Source: Candidatus Enterousia sp. (GTDB taxonomy: Bacteria > Pseudomonadota > Alphaproteobacteria > Rs-D84). Taken from it: a stretch of DNA of 56,490 nt. This document shows positions 47,468 through 56,490 of this stretch, piece after piece; the first letter of the stretch is position 1; each line of letters starts with the position of its first letter. The DNA lies in the NCBI GenBank assembly GCA_045536625.1, contig JAZSNY010000028.1:1-56490 (forward strand). Direction: 5' to 3'. The notes beneath the pieces were generated by a model, which saw only the letters and a list, made by a program, of their open reading frames with translations, did no database searches and was not told where the DNA came from. A program made the position numbers and the translations under genes.

Positions 47468-49537
47468 ATGCTAGAAAATCTTAATAACGAACAAAAATTG
47501 GCGGTTCAGACAACCAAAGGACCGTTGTTGGTACTGTCGGGGGCGGGCACGGGCAAGACACGCGTTCTGACCACACGTATTGCATACATACTGAATAACG
47601 AAATGGCGCAACCGTGGCAGATTTTGGCCCTGACCTTTACGAACAAGGCCGCAAATGAAATGAAAAATCGGTTGGCCAATTTTTCCGATGGCGCATGGTA
47701 TGCGGGGGACGTTTGGTGCGGGACATTTCATTCGATTTGTTTACGAATACTGCGCAGTAATGCAGAACGCGCGGGGTTACGGCGGGACTTTCTGATATTC
47801 GGTGAAGACGACCAAAAGGCGGTTATAAAATCTTTGTTGGTCGCATCAACAAAGACACCCGGTGATTATGTAGAAGAATTTTCCGCGATTAAGGACAAAG
47901 GACTGGTTGCGTTACAAAACAAAGATAAATTATTTAACGCATATAATGCAGAACTGGCACGATTAAATGCCGTGGACTTTGGCGATATTATATTAAAAGT
48001 ATTAGAATTATTTGATAAAAACCCCGATATACTGACGCGATATCAAAATCAATTTAAATATATATTGGTCGATGAATTTCAAGACACTAATAACGCCCAG
48101 ATGGAATTGTTGGGGCTGTTGACACGTGGGGTGGACAATCCAAATATTTGCTGTGTGGGGGATGATGACCAATCGATATATTCATGGCGCGGGGCGGAAA
48201 TTAAACATATATTGAACTTTGAAAAAACATTTAATAACGCCCAGATTATTCGATTGGAAACAAACTATCGCAGTACGGCAAATATATTAAATGCGGCAAA
48301 TTCCCTGATACGACATAATCGGGGGCGCCTGGGCAAGGATTTACGCGCAACGGACGAAGCGGGGGTGGGTGAACCGGTGTATGTTCTGACCCTGCCCGGG
48401 GACCGGGACGAAGCACGAATTATAGCCGATGCAATTTTGCGTGACGGGACAAATGATTTTGGAAAATTTGCAATGCTGATACGTGCGGGCAGTCTGTCAC
48501 GTATATTCGAAGAAGAATTTGCATTGCGCGGAATTCCATACAAATTAATTGGCGCGACCAAATTCTATGATCGGATGGAAATACGTGATGCGATTGCGTA
48601 CCTGCGCCTGTTGGTGCACCCATTTGATGATGTGTCTTTTCTGCGCGTTATTGCCAAGCCCAGACGCGGTTTTGGTGACAAGGCGATACAGAACCTGCGC
48701 GGGGCGGGTGCGTGTCTGATGGACGGACTGAGGGATGCGAAACTGACCACCAAGCAACGCGTGGCGGCGGATGAATTTTTAGGCGCATTTGATTTCGATT
48801 GGAACGCCATGCGCCCCATGGATGCGGCAAAAACATTGTTGGAACGCGTGGGATATATAAAAATGTGGACCGAATCCAAGGATGCAGATGCCCCTGACCG
48901 TATTGCAAATATTCGCGAATTGATTACTTCGGTGATTTCTAAGTATGATACATTGTCGGAATTTCTGGAACAGGCGGCACTGATGATGACTGATGATAAT
49001 GACAGCACCGATAACCCACAGGATACCAACACGGTCAGTATTATGACAATTCATGCCGCCAAGGGACTGGAATTTGATACGGTGTTTTTACCCGCGTGGG
49101 AAGAAGGTATTTTCCCAAATGACAAAGCCATTAACGAAGGTGCAATCGAAGAAGAACGCAGATTGGCATACGTTGCGATAACACGTGCACGCAAGCGCTG
49201 TGTGATATCAAACGCAATGTCACGCGTGGTATTTGGTTCGCGCCAATATAACTCGCCCAGTCGTTTTATCACGGAAATGGATAACAAATACTTGGACTTT
49301 CAGGGTGGCGCACCACGTACATATGCCACGCCAACATATAATAATATCCCGCGTTCGTATGATGCGCCCAAGAAGCCTGCGGCCAAGAAATTAGAATCGG
49401 CGGTTGGGAAATTGGTTTCGCATACCGAATTGGGTGGCGGTGTTGTAATTGAAGATGGCGGCGCAATATTAACCATTGCGTTTAAAACACGCGGCATAAA
49501 AAAAGTCGCCCGTGAATTTGTGAAATTTATTGGATAA
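47468..49537 (+). CDS. uvrD: UvrD/PcrA SF1 helicase
   Basis: SGAGTGKT, LTFTNKAA, VDEFQD, VGDDDQSIY, TIHAAKGLEF, EERRLAYVAITRA, C-terminal Tudor-like tail. Confidence 0.96.
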   Translation: MLENLNNEQKLAVQTTKGPLLVLSGAGTGKTRVLTTRIAYILNNEMAQPWQILALTFTNKAANEMKNRLANFSDGAWYAGDVWCGTFHSICLRILRSNAERAGLRRDFLIFGEDDQKAVIKSLLVASTKTPGDYVEEFSAIKDKGLVALQNKDKLFNAYNAELARLNAVDFGDIILKVLELFDKNPDILTRYQNQFKYILVDEFQDTNNAQMELLGLLTRGVDNPNICCVGDDDQSIYSWRGAEIKHILNFEKTFNNAQIIRLETNYRSTANILNAANSLIRHNRGRLGKDLRATDEAGVGEPVYVLTLPGDRDEARIIADAILRDGTNDFGKFAMLIRAGSLSRIFEEEFALRGIPYKLIGATKFYDRMEIRDAIAYLRLLVHPFDDVSFLRVIAKPRRGFGDKAIQNLRGAGACLMDGLRDAKLTTKQRVAADEFLGAFDFDWNAMRPMDAAKTLLERVGYIKMWTESKDADAPDRIANIRELITSVISKYDTLSEFLEQAALMMTDDNDSTDNPQDTNTVSIMTIHAAKGLEFDTVFLPAWEEGIFPNDKAINEGAIEEERRLAYVAITRARKRCVISNAMSRVVFGSRQYNSPSRFITEMDNKYLDFQGGAPRTYATPTYNNIPRSYDAPKKPAAKKLESAVGKLVSHTELGGGVVIEDGGAILTIAFKTRGIKKVAREFVKFIG

Positions 49538-49591
49538 CTGATATGAATTAAGGTTTAGATAAGTTATTAGTTTAAAAAAATTAAAAACCTT

Positions 49592-49697
49592 TGTCATTCC
49601 GCGGCTTGACCACGGAACCTGGGCTATGTGCGCGAAACGCGCACATATAATATATGTTTTTATTACCTGGGTCCCGCGGTCAAGCCGCGGGATGACA
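49592..49697. repeat. REP/REPIN-like palindromic element (Rickettsia RPE style)
   Basis: TGTCATTCCGCGGCTTGACCACGG...CCGCGGTCAAGCCGCGGGATGACA inverted termini with internal hairpin ATGTGCGCG-AAA-CGCGCACAT. Confidence 0.8.
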
Positions 49698-49796
49698 GAA
49701 TTTTTTATAAAAAAATTCTGTTTATATTTGCTGTGTTAAACTTTTATTTATTTTGGCAAAAACGCAAAACTAAAAATGCCCCAAACGGGGCAATTT

Positions 49797-51974
49797 TTAA
49801 TTTGGCGCCTGTGTATTACGGTTATCTTCCAACCATGTACGTACGGTTTCAACACCGGCATCACGCAAACACTTTTCACGTATCGCAGCCGAATCGGTGC
49901 TTTCGCGCAGATTGACTTTTTCAATCGCATCTTCGGTTGCGCCGGTACCGTTCAGGATTTCATTTAATGTCACAACATTGCGACATGTGTTTGTTGTGTA
50001 ATCCTGGGTATTGTTACACTTATCGCTGTCCGCTTCGGCAATAACGGCACGGAATTGCGAAGTGGACGGATTACAAATCATTTCATCATAGCAATGCGGT
50101 ACGTTTGCAATTTGGGAACAATATGTTTTTATACGTGCATTTGTCCATGATGGATTTGAAGACAATTGCGTTTCGTAACAATCGTAAATTTCACTGATAC
50201 ACTCATCAAAGTTTGTACCGGCGTTAATCGCCGCCGTCAGGATAGATTCTGTTTCGGCCTGGGCAAATTCAAGACGCTTTTGTTGCAGGGCCTGTTGTGC
50301 GGCAACCTTTTGATAGCCGATATTTTGTGCCGTTGTGCGCAACTGTTCACCATAAACGTCACAGTCTGCATTCGCATCCAGGGCGTATTTCTGCATAATG
50401 CTGCGACGGGCATCGGCAACCGGGCCACGCAGTTCTGCGTAGGGGTCACCATTTGCAGTTGTATAACCAAAGCATGTTGCCGAATTTGATGATGTATAGC
50501 CGGTGTTCGGGCTTACAAAATTCAATTCGTACGTTCCGGTATTGTTTACAGAAATCACGCTGTTGTAATTAAATGGACATTGGGCCGCACCATTACCACA
50601 TTTGCGTCCGCCGGATGGGGGCATACCACAGCCTTCGTATATGCCATTAAAACAAGAGTCCAAAACGCGAGAACAAACGTTGTTATGCGCGTATTCAAAC
50701 AGTTCGTACCCCCATGTTTCCGCCAGGGAATCCTTTAAATTATCCGAATCTGACAGCGCCCCGCCAAAACCGGCCAGACCATTTACAACCGCGGACAGAT
50801 TATCAAATGCATCGGTCAAACTTTTTGTATCTTCGGTCAGGATTGTAATTGTATTATCCTTGGCATCGGCCCATGCCTGTAAAGACGCCAAGATATCCGA
50901 ACCAGTGCCGTCCAATTCACTTACATCAAAACCAAAAGAATTTCCAGAAGAAGAACAATATTTTGGCTGTGTCTTGTCCGAACATTCGGAATCATTGTAA
51001 TATCCATGCGCCTGACACCATTCCGTTGCATCGTCTTTGCCATTTCCATTGTTATCCGAATCAACTGTGTACTTGGCCGCCATATCCTTCCATGAAACAC
51101 AATTCATAACCTTTTCCGCGTCGGTCAATTTAAAGGCGTCTGATACATCTTTGCCCTTGTTTGCAATTAACAGGGCCAATTCACCGGATACCTTAATCAA
51201 TTCTTCGTTTGCGGTTTCAAGGGCGGCTTCGGCCTCGGCAAATGCCTTGACACGACCTGCACAGGCACAACGACGTTGGGCCGCGTTACGTGCGGTACAG
51301 ATTTCATCCATGCATGTATAGTATGACTCCATACAGTTATTAAACGCTTCGTTCGATATCAGACCGGTTGTTGTATCAATAATATTAGAATAATTCCCCG
51401 TATACAGTTTGTTAGACAGCGTCGAATAAGATGTGCTGCTTTTGGTAGAGCCACGGATTCCACCACTGGCCATCGAGACACGTGCCCCACCCGTTGCCGC
51501 AGTTGTTGCGGTACGCGCACGCACACTGCGCGTGTTACGCGCATTTGCACGATTGGCGGCCGCAGTTTGACGGGACACAACATTTCGCGTACCGGCCGCA
51601 TTTGTACGGTTGGCAGCAGCTGTAGTTGCACGATTAACCGTTGCGCGGGATGTTACTGCACGGGATGTTGACGCCCCGCGTGCGGGCGTATAATTGACCG
51701 CGTTGGCATTTGCATTTGGTGCAACCGCCGTACGTGCAACCGTTGTACGCGTTGTGCGTGTTGCGTTTGCACGTGGATTTGTTCGCCCCGATGCGCGTGT
51801 CGTTTGCGCACGTCCCGAATTCGAACGCACATTCACTTCATTTATTGGGGCAACAGGATCCGCAAACACCGTACGAATTGAAAATAAAGTAGAACAAACA
51901 AAAAACGCACCGGCCAAAAGAAAGACCGTGCCCATGGCATTCTTGAACGAATTTGCGATTTTTTGACTTTTCAT
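49797..51974 (-). CDS. Large exported Cys-rich protein with R/T/A-rich N-terminal tract
   Basis: Signal/TM, low-complexity tract, about 24 Cys, coiled-coil segments; GGGAGA RBS before MKSQK at 51974. Confidence 0.8.
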   Translation of the reverse strand: MKSQKIANSFKNAMGTVFLLAGAFFVCSTLFSIRTVFADPVAPINEVNVRSNSGRAQTTRASGRTNPRANATRTTRTTVARTAVAPNANANAVNYTPARGASTSRAVTSRATVNRATTAAANRTNAAGTRNVVSRQTAAANRANARNTRSVRARTATTAATGGARVSMASGGIRGSTKSSTSYSTLSNKLYTGNYSNIIDTTTGLISNEAFNNCMESYYTCMDEICTARNAAQRRCACAGRVKAFAEAEAALETANEELIKVSGELALLIANKGKDVSDAFKLTDAEKVMNCVSWKDMAAKYTVDSDNNGNGKDDATEWCQAHGYYNDSECSDKTQPKYCSSSGNSFGFDVSELDGTGSDILASLQAWADAKDNTITILTEDTKSLTDAFDNLSAVVNGLAGFGGALSDSDNLKDSLAETWGYELFEYAHNNVCSRVLDSCFNGIYEGCGMPPSGGRKCGNGAAQCPFNYNSVISVNNTGTYELNFVSPNTGYTSSNSATCFGYTTANGDPYAELRGPVADARRSIMQKYALDANADCDVYGEQLRTTAQNIGYQKVAAQQALQQKRLEFAQAETESILTAAINAGTNFDECISEIYDCYETQLSSNPSWTNARIKTYCSQIANVPHCYDEMICNPSTSQFRAVIAEADSDKCNNTQDYTTNTCRNVVTLNEILNGTGATEDAIEKVNLRESTDSAAIREKCLRDAGVETVRTWLEDNRNTQAPN

Positions 51975-52132
51975 AAAACTCTCCCTGTGTTCTGGGGGTG
52001 CCCAGAAACCCGACCTTTCCGAGACGATACATCGCATAGATATACGTCTATTTTGTCTAATTATAACAATTTTTTTTTTGTCTGTAAACAGTTTAGTGTA
52101 TTAAAAAAAACCGCCCTGCGGCGGTTTCTATT

Positions 52133-52726
52133 TTATAGCGTTCTTTGTAAACTTGCCAACAGACGCATTTGCGCCAATCGCCTGTCTTCAAGAGTTTTTA
52201 GTTCCGGCACCTCGTAAGTGCGAACATCTCTTCTGCGACGTATGTATTCTTTATCAAAAAGCCTATATAACCTCTGCGCGGGTCCAAACAACTGGGGGTT
52301 GCGCATTAAACACAGATATTCAAAGCAATCTGAATTTTGATTAATAAAACGTTGCTTGGCCGGATAAATACCCAGATTGGTGGCCATAGTGCCTGCAAGC
52401 ATGATATTATTATTCAGTTCCGGCATCGGACAATCTTCCGTCCTTTTGTTACTGGCATTTTCAGAAACGCATATTTCATACCGTTCATAAATATCGGGCT
52501 CAAAAACCCAACGGCCTATGCACAGAACACGACGCCATTTTTCCGGGTACGCCCACACAGGTGTGCGCACAATATCGATTTCATAATTTTCAATCAATAA
52601 ATTATGACGATGATGAAAATCGCCCGACGTGCGTAAATCCAAGCGCGATAAATCCGCCTGGGACAAACGACTAAATAAATCCGTCAGGAATACATTATCA
52701 TTTAATTGTTTTAGTTTATTTGACAT
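52133..52726 (-). CDS. Hypothetical protein
   Basis: AAGGGA RBS, TTGACA-16-TAAGAT promoter, terminator at about 52103-52127. Confidence 0.75.
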   Translation of the reverse strand: MSNKLKQLNDNVFLTDLFSRLSQADLSRLDLRTSGDFHHRHNLLIENYEIDIVRTPVWAYPEKWRRVLCIGRWVFEPDIYERYEICVSENASNKRTEDCPMPELNNNIMLAGTMATNLGIYPAKQRFINQNSDCFEYLCLMRNPQLFGPAQRLYRLFDKEYIRRRRDVRTYEVPELKTLEDRRLAQMRLLASLQRTL

Positions 52727-52823
52727 AAAATCCCTTTTTTTACTATCTTAGACCAACAGTATAAATTGTCAACCGCTTTCTTTCCCATGGCGATTGATAT
52801 TGCGATTTGCTAGGATTAAGATT

Positions 52824-53309
52824 ATGCAGAAAAAGATGAAGATTTCAGGTGCAATTGTTCTGGGGATGCATGACGCATTGGTATCACTGACGGGACTGAT
52901 TGCGGGGTTGACATTTTCACTGACCGACAGATATATAATTATCCTGTCCGCAGTTATTGCATCGGTTACGGCCGGATTGTCCATGGGGGCATCAGAATAC
53001 CTGGCAGAAAAAACAAATGAAAACCCATATGCATTACACGCGGGGGCCATGACGGGTGTGGCATACCTGGGGACATGTACAATGTTAATCGCACCATTTT
53101 TTATAATCAGAAATGCTTACACGGCATTAATCGCTTCTTTTACAATTGCCATATTAATGATATTGATTTGCAATCTGTGTATTGGACATGTGCGGGGACG
53201 GCCCTTTTGGCGACACGCGGTGGAAATGTTGGTTATATGCGCGGGGGTATCAATTATAGCATTTATAATCGGCGAAGTTGCAAAAAATATACTGGGGATA
53301 GCAATATAA
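52824..53309 (+). CDS. VIT1/CCC1-family metal transporter (short form)
   Basis: IVLGMHDALVSLTG, GLSMGASEYLA, about 5 TMs. Confidence 0.88.
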   Translation: MQKKMKISGAIVLGMHDALVSLTGLIAGLTFSLTDRYIIILSAVIASVTAGLSMGASEYLAEKTNENPYALHAGAMTGVAYLGTCTMLIAPFFIIRNAYTALIASFTIAILMILICNLCIGHVRGRPFWRHAVEMLVICAGVSIIAFIIGEVAKNILGIAI

Positions 53310-53347
53310 GAAAAAACACCCGATTGGGTGTCCAAAATTACATTTCA

Positions 53348-53629
53348 CTATTTCGTTTTAATAGATGGATTTTTAAAGACATCACGCATCTTGTCACGTG
53401 CCACATCATATATAGTGATATAGAAATCCGCAACATCACGCGCGCCACGAAATTTTGTGCCGGCCAACATCAACAACGGGACATATACCCCCATTGCCAC
53501 ACAACCAAACAGATAACTTTGTGCATGATTTGGCCCAAATATCAGTGCAGGCGACGCGATTATCGCCGTGCTTAACGACCATACGGTCGCTCCCTTGGCA
53601 ATGTTCGTCAATAATCTTTTATCCAACAT
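53348..53629 (-). CDS. Small two-TM hypothetical protein
   Basis: AAGGA RBS, own promoter and terminator. Confidence 0.7.
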   Translation of the reverse strand: MLDKRLLTNIAKGATVWSLSTAIIASPALIFGPNHAQSYLFGCVAMGVYVPLLMLAGTKFRGARDVADFYITIYDVARDKMRDVFKNPSIKTK

Positions 53630-53705
53630 TTTATTAATTCCTTTTTGGGCTTATATTAAACGCGAAAATTTATTTTGCAATAAAAAACGCCCAAAATATG
53701 GGCGA

Positions 53706-54089
53706 TTAACGTGTACGTGTTTTGCGCCATGGACACGCGCCAGCAAATATCTCCCTGTAATCTGCGCCCCCCAATTTTTTGGGACAGTTTTTATCTGTGC
53801 AACCACACGATTTATGTGGGTTGTATTTACAGGTGAATTTGCGGGTGGGCTCGGTCCACTGGATTTCATTACGAAGATAACGACATGCGATGTCAAAAAA
53901 TTCGTTCGCAGCAATCGCATCCAAACGCCCACGGGCTCTATATTCTTCACTGTATGCAGATGTTTGCTTAATAATATGTACCGCATAAAATTTTTCGCCA
54001 CGCGTTACGTACACATCGCCATTTTCATGATTATATACTTTGATTGCCTCCGAAGAACTGTAAAATCTGCCCAATGGATCGATTGGCAT
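53706..54089 (-). CDS. Hypothetical protein with C-terminal Cys cluster
   Basis: AAGGA RBS; CKYNPHKSCGCTDKNC...CPW. Confidence 0.7.
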   Translation of the reverse strand: MPIDPLGRFYSSSEAIKVYNHENGDVYVTRGEKFYAVHIIKQTSAYSEEYRARGRLDAIAANEFFDIACRYLRNEIQWTEPTRKFTCKYNPHKSCGCTDKNCPKKLGGADYREIFAGACPWRKTRTR

Positions 54090-54177
54090 TTTGCATCCTT
54101 TTATTTTATGTTTTTGATATTAGCATATCAGTCAACGCATGCAACAAAAAAACCGCCCATTTGGGCGGCAACCAATT

Positions 54178-55215
54178 CTATAACCTAACATTTTTTGCGC
54201 GCGATATCATCTTGGCAACCTCTTCATTTGCATTTAGAACCAATATCTCTATGTCTGGATGCTCGTTGGCAAACACACGAAATATTTCGTCTGCAAATGC
54301 CTGGCCAATATATGGAACATCTTTAAAATCCAAAATAACGCTTTTAAATAAATCTATGCGCGCCATGACTCGTTTGGCCTGAGAACGAGAAATCAAGTTG
54401 TCATCGCCATAACGTGCCAACTCAATCGGTATCAAGGTTTTATCAAAACTGTATTCATCATCAACAGAAAACGTGTTAAACACATCCAATAAATTACGTT
54501 TACTGTTGTTAGATAAACGCATCAATACCGACGTTCCGTCGCAATCGTTGGCGCTATCTAATTTTTGTTCAATAAATATGTCTTGATAGGATCGTGCGTT
54601 ATCATTGTGCGAAAAGCTAATACCATAAGATAAAATGATAAATATATCAAAAATACGCGATGTGAAAAATATGCCCTCACCACTATGTTTCTTACGGTCC
54701 GTTGTTAGTTTTCCTTTGGACAATTCTAGGAGCGCTTCGCGTTCATTCTGCAAGTTAAATCTATTTTTAATATTACGAAAAATACCGATGCCATTATCGC
54801 TAATAATTATCGTAGTATTTACCGCATCAACCTGCACCAACACATTTATCTTTGTGCCTTGCGAATGGTCAATAGCGTTGTTAAACATTTCAGTAAAACC
54901 ATGTTCCCAGATACTACTGATATTATCTTGTTTTGGGACAAGTGGTGCAATATCTGTTGACCAGACGGCAGACTCTGATAAACCATCCGTTATATCGTAT
55001 GAAAACCTGTATTCCTGTGCTATCAAGCGATACCTGCGTCCCTTGGGCGCGTCATTGTGTTGGATAATGTTTTGCTCTGTCAATTGCTTTAAGTGACGAT
55101 ATACTGCGGCACGGGTAATACCGAATTTTGATACAGTATCCGAAACCAGGTTTTTACTATCTATATTAGACAATAAAAATTGACGAATTTCTTGGGTATT
55201 ACGTATCTTTTTCAT
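54178..55215 (-). CDS. HTH - HATPase_c - STAS-like (DUF4325-type) protein
   Basis: ITRAAVYRHLKQL; EMFNNAIDHS, DNGIGI, HSGEGIFF; ISRSQAK...LDFKDVPYIGQAFADEIF. Confidence 0.88.
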   Translation of the reverse strand: MKKIRNTQEIRQFLLSNIDSKNLVSDTVSKFGITRAAVYRHLKQLTEQNIIQHNDAPKGRRYRLIAQEYRFSYDITDGLSESAVWSTDIAPLVPKQDNISSIWEHGFTEMFNNAIDHSQGTKINVLVQVDAVNTTIIISDNGIGIFRNIKNRFNLQNEREALLELSKGKLTTDRKKHSGEGIFFTSRIFDIFIILSYGISFSHNDNARSYQDIFIEQKLDSANDCDGTSVLMRLSNNSKRNLLDVFNTFSVDDEYSFDKTLIPIELARYGDDNLISRSQAKRVMARIDLFKSVILDFKDVPYIGQAFADEIFRVFANEHPDIEILVLNANEEVAKMISRAKNVRL

Positions 55216-55227
55216 AATTATTATTCC

Positions 55228-55280
55228 ATATTGTATACTTTATATGAAAATATTGTATACTTTTTTGATTTTATTGTCAA
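55228..55280 (-). promoter_or_regulatory. Promoter with tandem operator repeats
   Basis: TTGACA-17-TACAAT on the minus strand; ATATTGTATACTTT (plus strand) at 55228-55241 and 55250-55263. Confidence 0.65.
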
Positions 55281-55320
55281 CTTTTATTTAAACTAAAACC
55301 ACCCTGAACGGGCGGTGGGA

Positions 55321-55923
55321 TTATTTTTCGGGCGCAACCGACGGATCTTTTCTGCGGCCACGTGTATGTGTTGATTGATATGCGCGACGCTGTTTGGTTA
55401 TTTCGTACAAAACGATACCGGTTGATACGGCCAGGTTAAAGCTTTCTATTATTCCATGCATTTCTATCGCAACGCATGCCGCCGCATGCGCAACAGCGGT
55501 ATCACTGATGCCCGTGGCTTCGTTGCCAAACCAAACAGCCAAACGTTTTTGTGTAAAATCACCGTTCTGCAAAACAACGTTGGTTTTACCCTTGATGTGT
55601 GGGGATGTGACGACCGACACATATTTATTTTTGTTCAAATGTTCTATACAATCAATCGTGGATTTAAACTTTTTAACAAAAGTCCACTTAACCGCCCCGA
55701 CCGATGATTTAAGCAATGTGTTACGCGTGCGAATTTCGTCCCAGGTATCCGGAACGACCCCTCTTTCATCGACAATATATAACTTTTCCACCCCCAGGGC
55801 ATTAATGTTACGAATAACGGCGCCAATGTTTTTAGGATCGCTAGGGTTTTCCAATACAGCAATCAGGTTTTTACATCTGCCACACTTTGCGGCATTTGCC
55901 TTGATACGTAATCCAGATAACAT
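55321..55923 (-). CDS. SpoU/TrmH-family RNA methyltransferase
   Basis: VLENPSDPKNIGAVIRN, FGNEATGIS, IEMHGIIESFNLAVS. Confidence 0.93.
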   Translation of the reverse strand: MLSGLRIKANAAKCGRCKNLIAVLENPSDPKNIGAVIRNINALGVEKLYIVDERGVVPDTWDEIRTRNTLLKSSVGAVKWTFVKKFKSTIDCIEHLNKNKYVSVVTSPHIKGKTNVVLQNGDFTQKRLAVWFGNEATGISDTAVAHAAACVAIEMHGIIESFNLAVSTGIVLYEITKQRRAYQSTHTRGRRKDPSVAPEK

Positions 55924-56003
55924 ATTAAATCCTTTGGCTTGGCGATATTGTAGCACACACATATGAATTGGCAATAAAAAAACCGCCCGGTGGGCGGTGG
56001 GGG

Positions 56004-56189
56004 TTAACGCTGCTTTTTATTTTTAATTTCTTTCAGATATTGCATGCGTTCTTTTAGCCGCTTTTCTTCGGCCTTTATTTCTTCCAGACGCCAACGAATT
56101 CTTATTTCCTCGTCTGGATATGCTCCAGAATCAGGATGTCTGTCAGGGTTAAAGAAATAGCGTATATTGCGTGGTATTCTGTTTACCAT
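56004..56189 (-). CDS. Small hypothetical protein (61 aa, C-terminal coiled coil)
   Basis: AAGGA RBS, terminator 55975-56002. Confidence 0.65.
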   Translation of the reverse strand: MVNRIPRNIRYFFNPDRHPDSGAYPDEEIRIRWRLEEIKAEEKRLKERMQYLKEIKNKKQR

Positions 56190-56352
56190 AATTATGTCCT
56201 TTGCTTTGTGTTTGTATAAATTGAGATATAATAAAAAATATGTATGTAAAAATATGCCCCGTCCTTACAGGGCAAAAAATAAACCAAAGAAATTGTATCT
56301 TGTGGATTTTACCATGGTTTTATTATTTATCACCATGCAAGCAAAGTCAAAC

Positions 56353-56376
56353 AAAAACCCGCCCGGATGGGCGGTG
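56353..56376 (-). terminator. rRNA operon terminator
   Basis: Minus strand CACCGCCC-ATCC-GGGCGGGTTTTT downstream of 5S. Confidence 0.75.
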
Positions 56377-56438
56377 AAATTCGGTTTTTACGTCAGTCAC
56401 CCAAAGCCTTGGCGACGGGTGATGAAACTGGATTTATT

Positions 56439-56490
56439 CTGGCGACGACCTACTCTTCCGTGGCTTAAGCCAAAGTACCATCGGCGATAC
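56439..56490 (-). rRNA. rrf: 5S rRNA, 3' half (truncated at window end)
   Basis: Minus strand ...CGCCGATGGTACT...GGAAGAGTAGGTCGTCGCCAG. Confidence 0.93.

Noticed and set aside
56265-56315. 16-codon Phe-rich ORF (MVKSTRYNFFGLFFAL, minus strand) before a hairpin, as an attenuator leader
   Set aside because: No RBS, Phe codons are expected in T-rich DNA, and the downstream gene is not Phe-related
1215-56376. Recurrent CGCCC/GGGCG hairpins as a DNA uptake sequence
   Set aside because: Core is short and variable, and the hairpin copies noticed are all at gene ends; ordinary intrinsic terminators explain them
1-56490. CRISPR array, IS/transposase, integrase, retron or alternative genetic code
   Set aside because: None seen; conserved genes translate cleanly with the standard bacterial code

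Overview
A 56.5-kb contig end, low-to-moderate GC, from a small-genome Gram-negative bacterium. Gene style suggests an uncultured fermentative Alphaproteobacterium of the Rs-D84/'Enterousia' type (inference). Bases 1-165 are an MGI/DNBSEQ adapter read-through artefact attached to the 5' part of gyrA, and the window ends inside a 5S rRNA. Housekeeping content: rpmH, ppdK, a phosphate acyltransferase, mrcA-mraY-ftsW-murG, comF, suhB, rpmE, dnaQ, uvrD, a TrmH-family methylase, tRNA-Gln(UUG) and tRNA-Glu(CUC). Accessory content: a MarR-TolC-MFP-RND operon, a 10-gene CDP-3,6-dideoxy/branched-sugar glycan cluster, a Pmp-like autotransporter, two APH-like kinases, five VirB6/TrbL-like paralogues, a large Cys-rich exported protein and many short orphan genes with their own promoters. 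Most notable observations: (i) an unannotated promoter-driven structured RNA ending in a 67-nt tRNA-like module with an 8-bp acceptor helix and GCCA, ahead of the glycan operon; (ii) an RND pump lacking the canonical proton-relay residues, paired with an adaptor that lacks the coiled-coil hairpin; (iii) orphan proteins that mostly end in basic K/R-x-K/R or xR tails, in the same window as a five-gene VirB6-like cluster (a possible T4SS effector set); (iv) a c4/CI-like antisense RNA switch in front of an orphan gene.
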